From Spirochaetia bacterium (GTDB lineage: Bacteria; Spirochaetota; Spirochaetia; SZUA-6; Bin103): a stretch of 64,000 nt of DNA. The notes under the pieces were generated by a model. The model worked only from the letters and a program-made list of their open reading frames with translations, was not told the origin of the DNA and did no database searches. Numbering within the stretch: the stretch's first letter is position 1; the number at the start of each line of letters is the position of its first letter. The stretch lies in assembly GCA_965203055.1 (NCBI GenBank), contig OZ241863.1:3744001-3808000 (forward strand), in the 5' to 3' direction. This document shows positions 47,368-56,942 of the stretch, one piece after another. Position numbers and translations under genes: made by a program.

Positions 47368-48231
47368 ATGCCACCGCCCGTCGGGCACCGCCCGCGGCTC
47401 CTGTTCGTGCACGGCTTCCTCGGAGAAGCGGCGGACTGGAACGAGCTGCGCGCGCTGTTGACTCCGTACTTTTCCAGTGACTGCTTCGAGCTTCCCGGAC
47501 ACGGCGCGGCGCCGCCGGTGGCCGGCCCCGCCGGCGACTGGTTCCCGGCGGCGGCTGCCCGCCTGCGGGCGGCGTGCGCCGCCCTGCCGGTCCCGCCGGT
47601 GGTGGTGGGCTACTCCATGGGCGGGCGGCTGGCGCTGTACACCGCGCTGCGCTTTCCCGAGGCGGCCGGCGGGCTGGTGGTGCTCGGCGCCGACCCCGGC
47701 CTGCGCGACCCCGCGGCGCGCGCCGCCCGCGGCGCGCGCGACGAGGCGCTGGCGCAGGAGCTGGCCGGCGCCCGCGGCGAGCACGCCTTTGCCGCGTGGC
47801 TGCGGCGCTGGTACGACTTGCCGCTGTTCGGCAGCCTGAGCCGCCAACGGCGCTTCGGCGGCCTGCTGCGGCGCCGGCTGCGGCAGGACCCGGGCCTGCT
47901 CGCCGCGGCGCTGCGCGGGCTTTCGGTCGCCCGCCAGCCCGTGCTCTGGGATGCTCTGCCGGAGCTGCGGTGCCCGGCGCTGTTCATCGCCGGCGCCGGC
48001 GACGCCAAGTACCGCGGCCTGGCGGAGCGCGTCGCGGCGGCGGGCGCCCGGTGGCAGGCCGCGCTCTGTCCCGGGGCGGCGCATGCCGTCCACCTGGAAC
48101 AGCCGGAGGCGGTCGCCGGCATGATCCGTCGATTCGCGGCGGAACTGCCCGCGCCCGCCGCGTTTGCCGCCGGCGCTTCCGGGGCGGCACATTGCGCGCA
48201 CCAACCTCATCCCCGAAAGGAGCAGCCATGA
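47368..48231 (+). CDS. menH: Alpha/beta hydrolase, MenH-like
   Basis: HGFLG, LPGHG, GYSMGGR, WY..PLF, D.KY and H..H.E.P motifs; directly upstream of menB. Confidence 0.75.
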   Translation: MPPPVGHRPRLLFVHGFLGEAADWNELRALLTPYFSSDCFELPGHGAAPPVAGPAGDWFPAAAARLRAACAALPVPPVVVGYSMGGRLALYTALRFPEAAGGLVVLGADPGLRDPAARAARGARDEALAQELAGARGEHAFAAWLRRWYDLPLFGSLSRQRRFGGLLRRRLRQDPGLLAAALRGLSVARQPVLWDALPELRCPALFIAGAGDAKYRGLAERVAAAGARWQAALCPGAAHAVHLEQPEAVAGMIRRFAAELPAPAAFAAGASGAAHCAHQPHPRKEQP

Positions 48232-49052
48232 GCGACCTCATCAACTGGACCGCATGCGGCGAATATCAGGACATTCTGTATGCCAAGGCGGAGGGCATCG
48301 CCAAGATCACCATCAACCGCCCGGCGCGGCGCAACGCCTTCACGCCGCTCACCGTGGAGGAGATGATGGCAGCCCTGGAAGACGCCCGCCGCGACCCGGC
48401 GATCGGGGTCGTGATCCTCACCGGGCAGGGCGAGCTCGCGTTCTGCTCCGGGGGCGACCAGAAGATCCGCGGCGACGCCGGCTACCGCGACCAGGGCGGC
48501 GACGACCGCCTCAACGTCCTGGAGTTTCAGCGCCAGATTCGCACCTGTCCGAAGCCGATCGTGGCAATGGTGGCCGGCTACGCCGTGGGCGGCGGCCACG
48601 TGCTGCACGTCATGTGCGACCTGACCATCGCCGCCGACAACGCCATCTTCGGCCAGACCGGCCCCAAGGTGGGCTCGTTCGACGGCGGCTACGGCTCCAG
48701 CTACCTGGCGCGCATCGTGGGCCAGAAGAAGGCGCGCGAAATCTGGTTCCTGTGCCGCCAGTACGATGCCCGGCAGGCGCTGGAGATGGGTCTGGTGAAC
48801 GCCGTGGTGCCGCTCGCCAAGCTGGAACGCGAGACGGTGCGCTGGTGCCGCGAGATGCTGGCGCACTCCCCCACTGCCCTGCGCTGCCTCAAGGCCGCCA
48901 TGAATGCCGACTGCGACGGCCAGGCCGGCCTGCAGGAACTGGCCGGATCGGCCACCATGCTGTTCTACCAGACCCCGGAGGCCCAGGAGGGACGCGACTC
49001 CTTCGTCGAAAAGCGCCCCCCCGACTTCACCAGGTTCCCCCGCCACTCCTGA
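48228..49052 (+). CDS. menB: 1,4-dihydroxy-2-naphthoyl-CoA synthase
   Basis: [50 protein letters not shown] and GLQELAG motifs. Confidence 0.96.
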   Translation: MSDLINWTACGEYQDILYAKAEGIAKITINRPARRNAFTPLTVEEMMAALEDARRDPAIGVVILTGQGELAFCSGGDQKIRGDAGYRDQGGDDRLNVLEFQRQIRTCPKPIVAMVAGYAVGGGHVLHVMCDLTIAADNAIFGQTGPKVGSFDGGYGSSYLARIVGQKKAREIWFLCRQYDARQALEMGLVNAVVPLAKLERETVRWCREMLAHSPTALRCLKAAMNADCDGQAGLQELAGSATMLFYQTPEAQEGRDSFVEKRPPDFTRFPRHS

Positions 49053-49087
49053 CCGCTCCCGAGGCCGAATTGCCGACCGCCTCGTTC

Positions 49088-50156
49088 GTGGAGTTCGGGA
49101 CCAACAAGACGGTTCCGACGGCTACCAAAGTGCGAGGTGGGTACTACACGCCTGCTGCCCTCGCCGATTATCTGTGCCGATGGGCGATACGAAATCGCTC
49201 GGACCGGGTGCTGGAGCCGAGCTGCGGCGACGGCAGCTTCGTGTCCGCGGCCGCGCCGCTGCTCGGCGACGACGGCTCGATTACCGCCGTGGAAATCGTG
49301 CCCGTGCAATACGCCGCCGAGCTGCGCGACCGGCTGCCCCGGCTGTTCGACGCCGTATTCGTCATCGCCTTCGACCGGCTGGTGTTCCCGGACATCCAGC
49401 AGGAGGTGCTGCTGCTGCTCGGCGAGGGCCGCAACCGGAATCCTCAGACGTACGGCAGACTGTACACTCGGCAAGTCGCCAACGGCAAAGCGCTGTTGTC
49501 GATGGCGCGAACGGCCGACCTCGTTTCGCACGTGCCGGAGCGGCACACGCATGCCGACATGAAGTGGACGTCGCTCTTCCTCGAAGACGACGAGTTCCGC
49601 GCCCTCAGCGACGCCGCAGAAAGCGGGGCGCTTGACCGCATGGGCGATTTGGCGGGCGTGGACGTCGGCATCGTGACCGGGCGCAACAGCTTCTTCGTCG
49701 TTACCGAAGGCACGGCGCAGCGGCTGGGGCTGGATGGCCGCGCGGTCGACGTGGTCGGCCGGACCGCCGCCCTCAAGTCGATTCGGTTTACCGCGGACGA
49801 CCTGCAGCGTTACGATCCACCGCGTGCGGGTCGCCGCGGGGGTAGACGTAGATATGCTCTGCGCGTCGATGGTGAACTCGCTTACCTTCGCCTGGGCCGA
49901 AGTGTGCGGGCGGAGTTACGGCGGCGGCGTGCTGGAACTGGAGCCGCGGGAAGCGGAACGACTGTTGATCCCGTATCGGTTCTCGGCAGGCATCGACGTC
50001 GAGTACGTCGACCAGCGCCTACGGGCCGGCGACCTCGAAGGCGTGCTGGATCACGGCGACCGCGCGCTCCTCAAGGACGGATGCGGATTCTCCGACCGGG
50101 ACGTGACGCGCGCCGCATGGAACAGACTACGATCAAGGCGCCATCGACGAAGATAG
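49088..50156 (+). pseudogene. Internally deleted, frameshifted gamma-class (Eco57I-like) N6-adenine DNA methyltransferase
   Basis: GGYYTP and VLEPSCGDGSF are present but NPPY is missing (AVEIVP is joined to VQYAAELR). The C-terminus TIHRV...GRSYGGGVLELEP is in another frame after ~49810. Confidence 0.8.
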
Positions 50157-50235
50157 AAAGAAGATGCGTCGGAAGGACCTGTCCCTTCAGTTTAACTAAC
50201 CCAAGACACGTCCTCAGCCCGGCACAAGTTGAACG

Positions 50236-50522
50236 CCGCTCAGCTACAGTGTATGTTTACGAAGTGTCCGATACACGGATCGCGAATGGCTGAGCAATGG
50301 CGGAGGTTGGTATGTTGAACATACGGTCCAGGAGGTAGTACCTTTTCTGGTACCTGCTGCGTCGGGAGCGCTCTCTCCTGAGGAGAATGCTCTGGCAACG
50401 ACGGCAGACTATAGGCGCCGTTTACGGTGCCGTACTAAATGGATCGAACGTGCCTATTAAGGGTTTGTGCGTTCGATTGATTGTTTGCTGTTGCTAACTT
50501 CGAGGAGGATTGAATGGCAACA
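50236..50522 (+). ncRNA. Candidate structured RNA or leader (unassigned family)
   Basis: Series of stem-loops, several with G-U pairs, upstream of the ATG at 50514; see findings. Confidence 0.35.
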
Positions 50523-50923
50523 AAGAGGAATGCTACTCCGCGTAGCAGGACGACTACTCCGGGGCCGGCGCAAGCGGTGGCCAAGGAAACTTCTACGACG
50601 GCGGCGGAAGCTGCCAAGGAAGCTTCTTCGGGGCCGGGGAAAGTGTCCTTTCGGACACGATCGATGCATCGAAGCTGTCGGTCGCTCAGCTCCAGGATAT
50701 CCTGGCTGAGCGGCAGCAGGACGAAGAGCAAGAGTCTGCCGAAACAAAGGCAGACAAGCTGCTCACCGCTGTGCGCGCCTACAAGGCACAGCGGATCCGT
50801 CCTGGGGTCGTCGGGACCTTCAGCCCGGACGGCTCCACCGGTGGCGTGCAGCTTATGTTGCTGTACCGGGCCGGATCGATGCTGGTCTTCGACGCCTATT
50901 CGGATGTTGTGACCGAGGAGTAG
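50514..50923 (+). pseudogene. Small hypothetical gene with an apparent -1 frameshift near 50630-50650
   Basis: GAGGAGG RBS before ATG 50514 (MATKRNATP...). A protein-like continuation SDTIDASKLSVAQLQDILAERQQ...VVTEE* lies in the -1 frame and ends at TAG 50921-50923. Confidence 0.5.
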
Positions 50924-50929
50924 GCGGCG

Positions 50930-52405
50930 ATGTTCAACGAGGATAATGTCCCCGCTGGAGCGTTCGTCCGCATCAACGTCACGAAGAAGGCCAAGGCTGT
51001 GGTTGCGGTCCTTTCCCCGTATTCGAAGGTGGTCTATGTCACGCCGAATCCGAAGGATCAGACCAACAGGGCGCCCCATGAGGTTCCCTACAGCAAGGTT
51101 GCGCGGGTTTACAAGACCATCGACGCAGCCCGTGGGGATAAGATCAACCGGCGCGCGGATACTACGGTGTTCGAGCCGTCTGCGCGGTTGGCGTCTTTGG
51201 ACGAGGAAAAGTGGACCTCCCTGTATGGGGACGCCCTTTCGATCGCTGCGTACAATTTCGACACTGTACCTATCGGTGCCGTTGCCAGGATCCGTCTGTC
51301 ATCGACGCTTAACGTCGTCGTGCTTACCATCGTAGGCAAGGATGACGAGAAGGTATTCGTACATCCTCATCCAAAGAAGGATAAGGGTTCCTTAGCACTC
51401 TACGGAGCCAAGTACTCCAAGGTGCTCAAGCTGTACCGGACCTTGAAAGAAGCTTTGGCGGACCCCATCAACCAAGTTCCGTCCACAAAGATACTAGCTC
51501 CCCGTATGTCAGTTGCGGCTTTAGACGAAGCCGAATGGGAGGCAATTTACGGGGATACTTCCGAGGCGGAAGACATCATCGATCTCAGCCAGCTCTCCGA
51601 ACCCGCCCTTGACTTCGCCATTGATCTCCTGAGAGAACCCATCGACTCTCTTGATCTATCAATTCTAAACCAGCATCTTGTGCGCAGATGTTCTTTCAAA
51701 TCAAGATCAGACCGCGACTATTGGACGGTTTACAGACGAAAGATACAAAAGACTCTAAGTTGCGGAGCAATCTGTGGCTTCGACCTCCCACGATTCGTCG
51801 CCGACCGCTTGCTTAAATTACATCAAGTTTCGCTAATTGATCTATCCCATTACCTCGTCTTCAATGAAAGAAATGACCGCCTATCGACGATCATCAGAAG
51901 ATCCGACTATAGGAAAGTCTATACCGCATACATCAAATTTCTCAAAACACTTCGCAGATCGAGCCGCTACGGACGCCCATCTTCAAACAGGATCAAGTGG
52001 ATAGTGCCGACACCTCAAATGCAGCGGCAGCGTATCTACAGTTCTGATGATGACGTATGGTGTCATTGGATGCCGCTCGCTGTCGTTCAGCTTCTTCGCA
52101 GGTGGCAGCCACGTAGGATCAACTCACTACGCTTAGCCTTGTCCAGGCTTGCACAAGATATAGGAGGACAAAAGGTCTACTATCCTTGGTTTCCTACGTT
52201 CAATCTTGAAACGCGGTTCGTTCCGATACATGCGTTGTATCAATACGAACCATCAAGCCTCACACTCGGCGGCATAAAGGCACTACATAATTGCGGCCTG
52301 ACGTCGATAAACGACCTTCGGTGCCTCCATCCCCACGCTGTAGCCGCCGCGAAGGACCCAACCCAACCGCTTCTGCAGCTATATCGTGAGAATCATCCAA
52401 TCTGA
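50930..52405 (+). CDS. Hypothetical protein with an internal ~100-aa duplication
   Basis: GAGGAG RBS, 491-aa ORF in low-GC DNA, two copies of D.VP.GA..RI...V.V.P.PK...YSKV..Y.T...D.IN...LDE..W..YGD. Confidence 0.7.
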   Translation: MFNEDNVPAGAFVRINVTKKAKAVVAVLSPYSKVVYVTPNPKDQTNRAPHEVPYSKVARVYKTIDAARGDKINRRADTTVFEPSARLASLDEEKWTSLYGDALSIAAYNFDTVPIGAVARIRLSSTLNVVVLTIVGKDDEKVFVHPHPKKDKGSLALYGAKYSKVLKLYRTLKEALADPINQVPSTKILAPRMSVAALDEAEWEAIYGDTSEAEDIIDLSQLSEPALDFAIDLLREPIDSLDLSILNQHLVRRCSFKSRSDRDYWTVYRRKIQKTLSCGAICGFDLPRFVADRLLKLHQVSLIDLSHYLVFNERNDRLSTIIRRSDYRKVYTAYIKFLKTLRRSSRYGRPSSNRIKWIVPTPQMQRQRIYSSDDDVWCHWMPLAVVQLLRRWQPRRINSLRLALSRLAQDIGGQKVYYPWFPTFNLETRFVPIHALYQYEPSSLTLGGIKALHNCGLTSINDLRCLHPHAVAAAKDPTQPLLQLYRENHPI

Positions 52406-53763
52406 CGAGAAATTACCCTCCACCTTTCTTCCACTTCCTCGGGTCCGGGCAGCGGTATCAACATTGCCTGCCACTCGACTTTCAACTCCTCAAGGTTCGC
52501 GTAGTCATCTATCCCTACCTGGAACAAAAGGATCCTCTGGGCTACTTCCAATGCGCGTTTCCGATCCTCGCTACGCATTCTCCGCCTGCGCCCCCTAGCT
52601 AGTTCAGAATCTTCGACCAACAGGAGTCCTATCCAAGGAGGCATCCGCAGGTCCCATTCCACCTCCGCAAGCACCCTGATACAGGCGCGTACGTCTTGCT
52701 CAGTTGGTGAACTTGGATCAGGAAGACGCCGGTTCATCATGATTCTCGCTACGGAGGCAAATAATTCCTGCCCTATCGGCCAAAACAGAAGATGATCCGT
52801 ATGGCCATCCGGATGATCTAATTCTGCGTCGTGCTCACGCATCTTCGCAGGCTCGGAATTTAGCACATCAATCTCCGACAAGATAGCGCTCCAGTAAACC
52901 ATCAGCTCACTGAACATCCCGTCGAGCTCCTCTTCAGCCGGTCTGAATTGTCGGTAATCCCCCCTGCGCCTCCAAAGACGACCACGCTCCGGGGTATGTA
53001 ACAGCGTCTCATTCATGGCGTACAGTGTCTGAAGCGTGGTGAAATAGCTGTCACCAGAACGCAGGTTCTTACCCTTCGTCTTCAATTTAGGTGAAGTAGT
53101 CGGCGTACCCCTCCAAACAAAGAAGTCGTGCTCGATAATCAGACGTCGAGTTAGAATAGCGACAGCGTCGTCTTCATCCATAATAATGTTCGTATCTGCA
53201 TCCGTCGGCTTTGCGTATCGGTTGAGACTAGAGAAAATACGACGGTAGCTCTTCATAAACTCCGCTTCGTCAGTCTCTTCTCGGACGATCATTATCACCG
53301 ACACCTCTTCGTCTATAAAGCCCTCCGGAATTTCCGGCACATCCGCTTCGCCCTGCTCGATCAGCGTCTTAATGGCCTTCAGTCGATGCTGCCCGTCTAG
53401 TGCGAAATATCGTTGTCCCCCAATAAACGTAAGGACGCCAAACGAGTTGACCAAGTTTGCAGGTCTGAATAACTCAAATCGCGGATCATGGGCTATATCT
53501 ACAGGAATAAATTCCGGATTACCGCCGAGCGCAGCGACAACGATCGACGAAAAGAACCGATCATCCCGTCTTCCCAAATATTGGACGATCTCGTTCTTTA
53601 CGCGACTTTCATTCAGGGACCGTTGGATAGCGTCGTCCAACGTCTTGTTGCTATAGATCTCCGACGCGAAGCCTACTTCATTTACGATCTCCCTCATCGT
53701 CATCTTGACAACGTAGTATGTCCAGCTTCCCATACTTGCCTTCAGAGCCGGGTACAAATTCAT
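52393..53763 (-). CDS. DGQHR-domain / DndB-family protein
   Basis: IQRSLNESRV, RFFSSIVVA, FALDGQHRL and IFSSLNRYAKP motifs; GGAGG RBS. Confidence 0.88.
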   Translation of the reverse strand: MNLYPALKASMGSWTYYVVKMTMREIVNEVGFASEIYSNKTLDDAIQRSLNESRVKNEIVQYLGRRDDRFFSSIVVAALGGNPEFIPVDIAHDPRFELFRPANLVNSFGVLTFIGGQRYFALDGQHRLKAIKTLIEQGEADVPEIPEGFIDEEVSVIMIVREETDEAEFMKSYRRIFSSLNRYAKPTDADTNIIMDEDDAVAILTRRLIIEHDFFVWRGTPTTSPKLKTKGKNLRSGDSYFTTLQTLYAMNETLLHTPERGRLWRRRGDYRQFRPAEEELDGMFSELMVYWSAILSEIDVLNSEPAKMREHDAELDHPDGHTDHLLFWPIGQELFASVARIMMNRRLPDPSSPTEQDVRACIRVLAEVEWDLRMPPWIGLLLVEDSELARGRRRRMRSEDRKRALEVAQRILLFQVGIDDYANLEELKVEWQAMLIPLPGPEEVEERWRVISRQIG

Positions 53764-53789
53764 CTGATCCTCCTATATCTATTTATTGC

Positions 53790-54380
53790 CTAACGGTCGT
53801 GTACGCCTATGGCCACCGGATCACCTATCGCGCCAGAGATCGATCCAGGCTGGTCGTTGGCGATCGGCCCGAAGCAGCGAATCAAGATTGCCTCATCGGC
53901 ACCAAGCCGTTCGGCCCCGCGACGGTGATACCAGAACTGCATAGATGCACCAAAACAACGCCGAGCTGCCTCTAATTTCACTGATGGGCTCCTGCAATGC
54001 TCCAGAAAACGCCGCCTCAGATTGCCGGTTTTACCGATATAGATCGGCGTCAACAGAATCGAAAACAGATCATTGTCGCGGTATTCTGACAGCCTCCTGC
54101 GACCTACCGGCGATGTGCAAACGAAGTATAGCCCGGACTGTCTGGCGGGCACAAGCACAGCTTCGTTCTCCACAAATCCGACCGAATTCCAAGCGTTACT
54201 GTCGCGCAGATCAGCCGGAACCTGCGCCCATAGCTCAGCGTCATACTGCCAGCCGTAGCTTAGCACGGCGACACCGTGAGCAACGACCACGAACCCCCAG
54301 CCGACCGGACGCTCAGCCAGTGTGCCGTCTGCCTCATACACCTCATCGTATCTCCCATCCACCAACCCAATATATCTCAT
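53790..54380 (-). CDS. GIY-YIG nuclease family protein (start uncertain)
   Basis: SGLY...PIYIGKTGNLRRRFLEH...EAILIR.F.P..N matches the GIY/YIG, Arg, His, Glu and Asn catalytic pattern. Confidence 0.75.
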   Translation of the reverse strand: MRYIGLVDGRYDEVYEADGTLAERPVGWGFVVVAHGVAVLSYGWQYDAELWAQVPADLRDSNAWNSVGFVENEAVLVPARQSGLYFVCTSPVGRRRLSEYRDNDLFSILLTPIYIGKTGNLRRRFLEHCRSPSVKLEAARRCFGASMQFWYHRRGAERLGADEAILIRCFGPIANDQPGSISGAIGDPVAIGVHDR

Positions 54381-54405
54381 TCAACAATCGTCAGGAAATC
54401 ACGCG

Positions 54406-56142
54406 TCACAGGCTGTCGAGAACCCGTGCTCCATCGGTAAGCGACGCAACGATCTTACGAAATAGCTCCGACTTTGACGCAAGGAGGTCATCGATCTTTG
54501 ACTCGACTGTTCCTTGAGACCTCAAGCGATAGACATAGACCGCCCGCTTCTGACCAATACGGTTAACTCGATCTCGAGCTTGGGCGTTGACAGCAGGGTT
54601 CCACCATTCGTTCAAGAATACAACATGGTTTGCTGCAGTGAGCGTAAGCCCCTCGGCGGTTGCTCGGATAGAACACAGCAGTACAAACGGATCTGACGAT
54701 GATTGGAACGCCTTCACGATACTCGATCTTGCCGCGGAATCAGTCTGGCCAGTAATCATGGCAACCGAGCTATTCCCATACCGATTGGTGACTTTCCGAC
54801 GGACTATACGCAGAGGCTCTAGTCTCCACGAGAATACTACAACTTTCTCTCCGAGTTCTCGTATTGCTTCAGTGATTACTACTGCTCGGTCTACTTTTGA
54901 GCTTTTCTTGGTCACCGGATCGAAGTCGCATATGCTGCGTAGCTTGTTGAATAAACTGATCCATAAATCGACGGTCGTGATCGATCCACTATTTGCGCGT
55001 ACTCTATCATATTCACGCCTCTGTTCGACCGATAATGGAATCATCTCTGTTCGTTCTAGGACAGTCGGAAGTTCCTCCGAAATCACCGTCCGCGGCCGCC
55101 GCAAAACATAGCCTGCCGCAAGTGTCCTAAGCGATGCCGGAGACAGATAACGGTCGCGTAGTGACACTCTTTTTCGATCGAGTAAGTGAAGGATAGCGGT
55201 CAAGTCGCCTGCATGGTTCTCCAAAGGCGTGCCAGACAGACCCCATGCAAATCGAGGATACAACTGAAGTGATGAAGAATAGTTTAGCGAATATGGATTC
55301 TTGAGCTTGTGTATTTCATCGAAAATTACAAGATCGAAAGACCGAGGATCAATTCGGTTTCCGCGAATAGCCTCGTAATTCGTAATTGCTACGTGGCACT
55401 GCGCCTTTATCAGACTCCACGCTTTAGGCTCCACGCTAGAGTATAACACCACCGCACACAACTGTGGTGCCCATAATTTGATCTCCGCTTCCCAGACACC
55501 AAGCAGTGACTTTGGGCAAAGGACGAGAGCGCTGTTGATCTTTCCAGACCTCTTCATTTCTTCCAATGCGGCAATCGCCTGCAATGTTTTTCCTAGCCCC
55601 ATGTCATCAGCGAGTATAGCCGCTGACCGGCCGCTAAGCCACTTAACGCCATATCCTTGGTGTCTTTTGAACGGAATATTGTCGGGACGCTTCATGAATC
55701 GCCAACGCCATAGCTCACCGAGGTTGAAGTATCGACGGCGCTCTGCCCGCCGGGTGACTCGGATAACGGGTGGATCTGTTTGTGGAGATAGCAATGTCAC
55801 TGATTCTCCGGTGTCAATGCGTTGTACGAGATCTGGTCGGCTGCCCTCAATATACTCGATAAGGTCCAGTATATCAGATACAAGACACTCGAACGTATCA
55901 TCCGAAAAGGCTATTGATTCAGCGGGCGCAGACGTGGTAGATGTGGCGGACGATAACCGAATTGTTAGGCCAAGTGAGGTTCGCTCAAGCAGGTAGCGGA
56001 TGGTTGGGCGCTCAGATGCTTGGCGTATACCGCTATCTTGTTGGACGTGAACCATCGGTGTCGCATGTAAACTATTGGTTCTGTGGACGCTGGATATTAA
56101 AGGTGTGGGACCCTTTCGACCTCTGTCTGTTAAAGATGACAT
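54406..56142 (-). CDS. SNF2-family helicase/ATPase (start uncertain, 56142 or 56055)
   Basis: ILADDMGLGKT, DEIH, LSGTPLEN, EGLTLTAAN, WWNP and QARDRVNRIGQ motifs. Confidence 0.9.
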   Translation of the reverse strand: MSSLTDRGRKGPTPLISSVHRTNSLHATPMVHVQQDSGIRQASERPTIRYLLERTSLGLTIRLSSATSTTSAPAESIAFSDDTFECLVSDILDLIEYIEGSRPDLVQRIDTGESVTLLSPQTDPPVIRVTRRAERRRYFNLGELWRWRFMKRPDNIPFKRHQGYGVKWLSGRSAAILADDMGLGKTLQAIAALEEMKRSGKINSALVLCPKSLLGVWEAEIKLWAPQLCAVVLYSSVEPKAWSLIKAQCHVAITNYEAIRGNRIDPRSFDLVIFDEIHKLKNPYSLNYSSSLQLYPRFAWGLSGTPLENHAGDLTAILHLLDRKRVSLRDRYLSPASLRTLAAGYVLRRPRTVISEELPTVLERTEMIPLSVEQRREYDRVRANSGSITTVDLWISLFNKLRSICDFDPVTKKSSKVDRAVVITEAIRELGEKVVVFSWRLEPLRIVRRKVTNRYGNSSVAMITGQTDSAARSSIVKAFQSSSDPFVLLCSIRATAEGLTLTAANHVVFLNEWWNPAVNAQARDRVNRIGQKRAVYVYRLRSQGTVESKIDDLLASKSELFRKIVASLTDGARVLDSL

Positions 56143-56942
56143 ATGGCGCAACCCTCTGCCGCTTCGATAGACTGGAGAGGGAATTCTTCCAGCAGGGTCT
56201 CGACGTCGTCCAATGAGCGTCCTTGCACCCATGTATAACGCTTGGTCCCGTTGGGGCGCTCATACGACTTCGCACTCGTGAATAGAGTTGGGTGCTCGTG
56301 GCGCAGGCGCTGCCACTCGCCGATCTGCTGGTAGAAGCAGAAGTAGCAACCGGAGCGGGAACGCCAGCGGTAGTAGTCGGGCAGGCCGATGCCGGACGTT
56401 TCCAGGATTTCCTTGACTGTCCCAAGGTCGATGCCATCGTCCTTGAATGGGTACACAGGAACAATGTTGGGACGGTCGGAGAACACTGGTGGCTTCTTAG
56501 GGGTGTAACCCTGCCGGTCTTCGTCGGCCCGGATGCCGATGTAGCTGAAGGCGGTGTCGGAACCGACGTAGCGCTCGAATGGTTCGATCTTCAACTTGCG
56601 CGTGCACCAGCGAGCCTGCGGGCTCGGCAGGAAGCCAGAGTACATCTCGTTAAGCACGAAGTCAAACGCCTTTCGCGTCGGCTTGCGAGTGACGTTCATG
56701 TAGTCGAGCGCGTTGATCCGATGAATCGGCTTGCCGAGCAGCGCTTCCAGCCTGTCCAGGTAGTCGTAGGTCTCGGGCAGCTCCGCGTCAGTGTCGCAGA
56801 ATACGTATTCGCTCGGTAGCTGCGGGTAGGTCTGCGTCAGGTAGATCGCCAACGCGGCCGAGTCCTTGCCGCCGGACACCGGGACGACGTGGCGGATAGA
56901 TGGATCAGCAAGCGCTTCAAGCGCTTCGTGCAGGTTAGCCAT
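56130..56942 (-). CDS. sspD: PAPS-reductase family protein, SspD-like
   Basis: PP-loop SGGKDS, RWCT..LKI.P, GIRADE, SGCYFC and C-terminal CAIC; located after the ATPase, DUF4007 and desulfurase genes. Confidence 0.75.
   Translation of the reverse strand: MANLHEALEALADPSIRHVVPVSGGKDSAALAIYLTQTYPQLPSEYVFCDTDAELPETYDYLDRLEALLGKPIHRINALDYMNVTRKPTRKAFDFVLNEMYSGFLPSPQARWCTRKLKIEPFERYVGSDTAFSYIGIRADEDRQGYTPKKPPVFSDRPNIVPVYPFKDDGIDLGTVKEILETSGIGLPDYYRWRSRSGCYFCFYQQIGEWQRLRHEHPTLFTSAKSYERPNGTKRYTWVQGRSLDDVETLLEEFPLQSIEAAEGCAICHL

Noticed and set aside
48164..50293. 709-aa intact methyltransferase ORF
   Set aside because: The first ~300 codons are an alternate frame of menB, and the remainder lacks NPPY and shifts frame.
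50630..50645. Canonical -1 programmed frameshift site
   Set aside because: GGGGAAAG is not phased as X XXY YYZ in the zero frame (codons CCG GGG AAA).
50921..50929. Stop-codon read-through into the 491-aa ORF
   Set aside because: The frames match, but GAGGAG lies 9 nt before ATG 50930, so independent initiation is simpler.
56130..56942. Sulfate-assimilation cysH
   Set aside because: The context is a defence island with no cys genes.
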